The notes below the pieces were generated by a model. That model ran no database searches. It was given only the letters and a program-made list of their open reading frames with translations, and was not told the origin of the DNA. Position numbers and translations under genes: made by a program. A stretch of DNA of 64,000 bases from Camelus dromedarius (taxonomy: Eukaryota), in NCBI RefSeq assembly GCF_036321535.1, contig NC_087436.1:34040001-34104000 (forward strand). The letters are read 5' to 3'. Numbering within the stretch: position 1 is the first letter of the stretch; every line of letters starts with the position of its first letter. Shown piece by piece: positions 61,951-64,000 of the stretch.

Positions 61951-64000
61951 AAAGACAGACATAGAAATCTTACAAGAGGAAACAAGAAACATCAAGTTAC
62001 TGGTAGGAGTATAAACTAGTACAACCAATTGCAAAATAGTTTGGCATAACTTAACAAAGTTTGGTATTTGCTTACATTATGTTCCAGAAATTCTACTCCC
62101 AAATACGTACTCAGAAAATTCTTGCACATGTATGTCCAGAAGATGTTTATTATAATGTATATAACATCATCTTTTTATTAGCAAAGACTTAACAGCCCAA
62201 ATGTCTGTCAATAGTATAATAGGTAAATAAGGTTATTATATCATTGCAGCAAAGCTCTACACAGCCCAATTACATATACCTCAAATTATTAATATTTAAA
62301 AATAATAATATATGAAACAACAAAATCACAGAACAAAAATGAAATATTTGTCTTTATGTAACACAAAATAGGGAAAACTAAACCATAAATTTTTCAGGGA
62401 TATATATATACATAATAAAATAAAAGTAAATTAGAGAATGGTTAGTTAAGTACCCAAGAGAATATTAACTTTTAAGGGAAGAAGGAAGAGAATTTGATCA
62501 AAGAGTGACATACTGGGGCCTTCAAAATTACTGGTAAATTTTAGTTTTAAACTAATTGTTAGGTCAAATAGTATTTTTATAATATTTTAAAAATTTTACT
62601 TGCACTACCATTTTATCTAAGGTATGTTTCATCAAAAACAGCAAAATTTAAGCTTCACTTGTCATCTTAAGTAATAAGATTTGGTCTAATTGCCTCCCAG
62701 AGAAATATTATTTTAAGTCTACAGTTGGTTTATTTTTGATCACTAAATCAAGAATTTTTGGAAGAAGTGTTCTTTTGCAGATATAAGTTACTCTGAGGAA
62801 TTTAGTCATGAGCTTCTGCTCTCAGAGTTCTGAGTTATGAGGAATTTAAGTCTTTCCACAGTGACCGCCTGTATTCCTCTCCTTCATTTTACAGCATGGT
62901 AACTGCAGGGAAGAACTATATTAACCCCAGGACTCACATGGATATTGTGGTATATTTCTTTTTCCTTTTGTTTCATCCCCTCTTCATCTTTCTCCTCTTT
63001 CTTCTCCAGACACTGTTTTTGAAAACAAATTAACTCTGCTGTATTTAGAAATCACCACTGTTTCTGAAGAATTATTTTATGGTTATGACCAGAGAATATT
63101 TTGGGTTTTACTCCTGTTTAGGCTCAAGGTATTTCTTTTCTGAAATCACCAGAAGAAGGGAGAATCTTTAGTTAATCAAATAATTCCCTAGAGATACTTA
63201 AGAAAGAATTATAGTCGTCAAAAATTACCTGAAATATGGAGAGCAGATGAGACACAATTTGGTGGATTAGGGTAACGTGAGTATGACTTCAGAGTCTTCA
63301 CAGAAAACCTCTAATGTTAATACATAATAATATAATTAGACTCTATTGAAATAAATCAATCTGCTAAATATTAAGACATGATCTGTTCAAAATATACAAG
63401 ACAAAATAAGCAACGAAAACAAAAACAAAACAGCAGAGTTTAGGTTGACCAGGTGTCTCCATCTGGTTCAAGAACAAATAGAAATGGGGTAAGAGGTGAA
63501 AATTTTCCATCTAGCATAACCATTCAGCAAAGCCAAGAACTACATGAGAGTAACACTTAGCTTCTCCTCTAGTTACTATAGGTTGACCAGCAAAGTATTT
63601 TAAAAATATTTGGCAAAGTGATTCCTTTTTCCCCTTTCTCTGCTCTATACTTCTCTTTTCTCCTCTCTTTGTCTTTGTGGGAGAAAAATAAATAAGGAAA
63701 TGAGTCATTAGCCTTCATAGTCTTTCATCCCTTTGTACTTCCCCAAGCGTGTCTGTGACTGCTGTACCCAAGTAAAACAAATTTAATTGTTAGTTTTCCC
63801 AGCCACTCACATGTTATACATAAATCAGCTAGAAGCAATTTATAAGTTCCTATTATCTATGACTATATGAGATAATGTCTGCCAAATACACAACACAATC
63901 CCTGGCATGTTGTGGGTGCTTAGCCACAATTCATCTTTTATTTCTCACTTTTTGTTTTTATTATTCTTATTTTATTCAATCCAATAGCTTGAGGGATATA

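Larger units (their letters stand above)
60070..62640 (+). mobile_element. Old L1 (L1ME-like) ORF2 3' half and 3' UTR, host of several nested insertions
   Basis: aggaattttcttaacttgatgagaggtatgtacaagaaagccataacaaac...ttccctttaaaatc (RT region); ataaagatgtcagttttacccaaattgat; ccagaaattctactcc. Confidence 0.8.

Noticed and set aside
1..64000. Prokaryote-type systems (CRISPR, operons), NUMTs, endogenous non-retroviral virus genes
   Set aside because: Eukaryotic repeat-rich DNA with no repeat-spacer array and no mitochondrial or viral protein similarity that I could see; a tBLASTn search would be needed to exclude highly decayed copies

Overview
AT-rich mammalian genomic DNA, most likely from a camelid. 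The evidence is three SINEs with a tRNA-Ala(AGC)-derived head and a TAAA/AATTACC tail of Vic-1 type. I recognise no protein-coding gene. The supplied ORFs are short chance frames, except two that are decayed transposon proteins: a Charlie hAT transposase at 6872-7117 and an L1 ORF2p C-terminus at 44098-44352. A large share of the window is interspersed repeats: ancient MIR, L2, MLT1, Charlie and MER58 elements, old L1M fragments, and younger ERV1 solo LTRs, L1 3' ends and SINEs with visible target-site duplications. The window is therefore intergenic or part of a large intron. The most interesting signals are: (i) a candidate minus-strand spliced transcript with a clean 71-nt exon at 50273-50343 and a CpG-retaining terminal exon starting at 30097, which join in phase into a hypothetical 68-aa ORF; (ii) a probable ~0.85-kb micro-inversion that splits an L1 5' UTR at ~46200-47040; (iii) nested and TSD-bounded retrotransposon insertions near 60-62 kb; (iv) several repeat-free transcription-factor motif clusters. 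I found no convincing new biological system. Repeat family names come from recalled consensus sequences, and boundaries are approximate unless TSDs are given.
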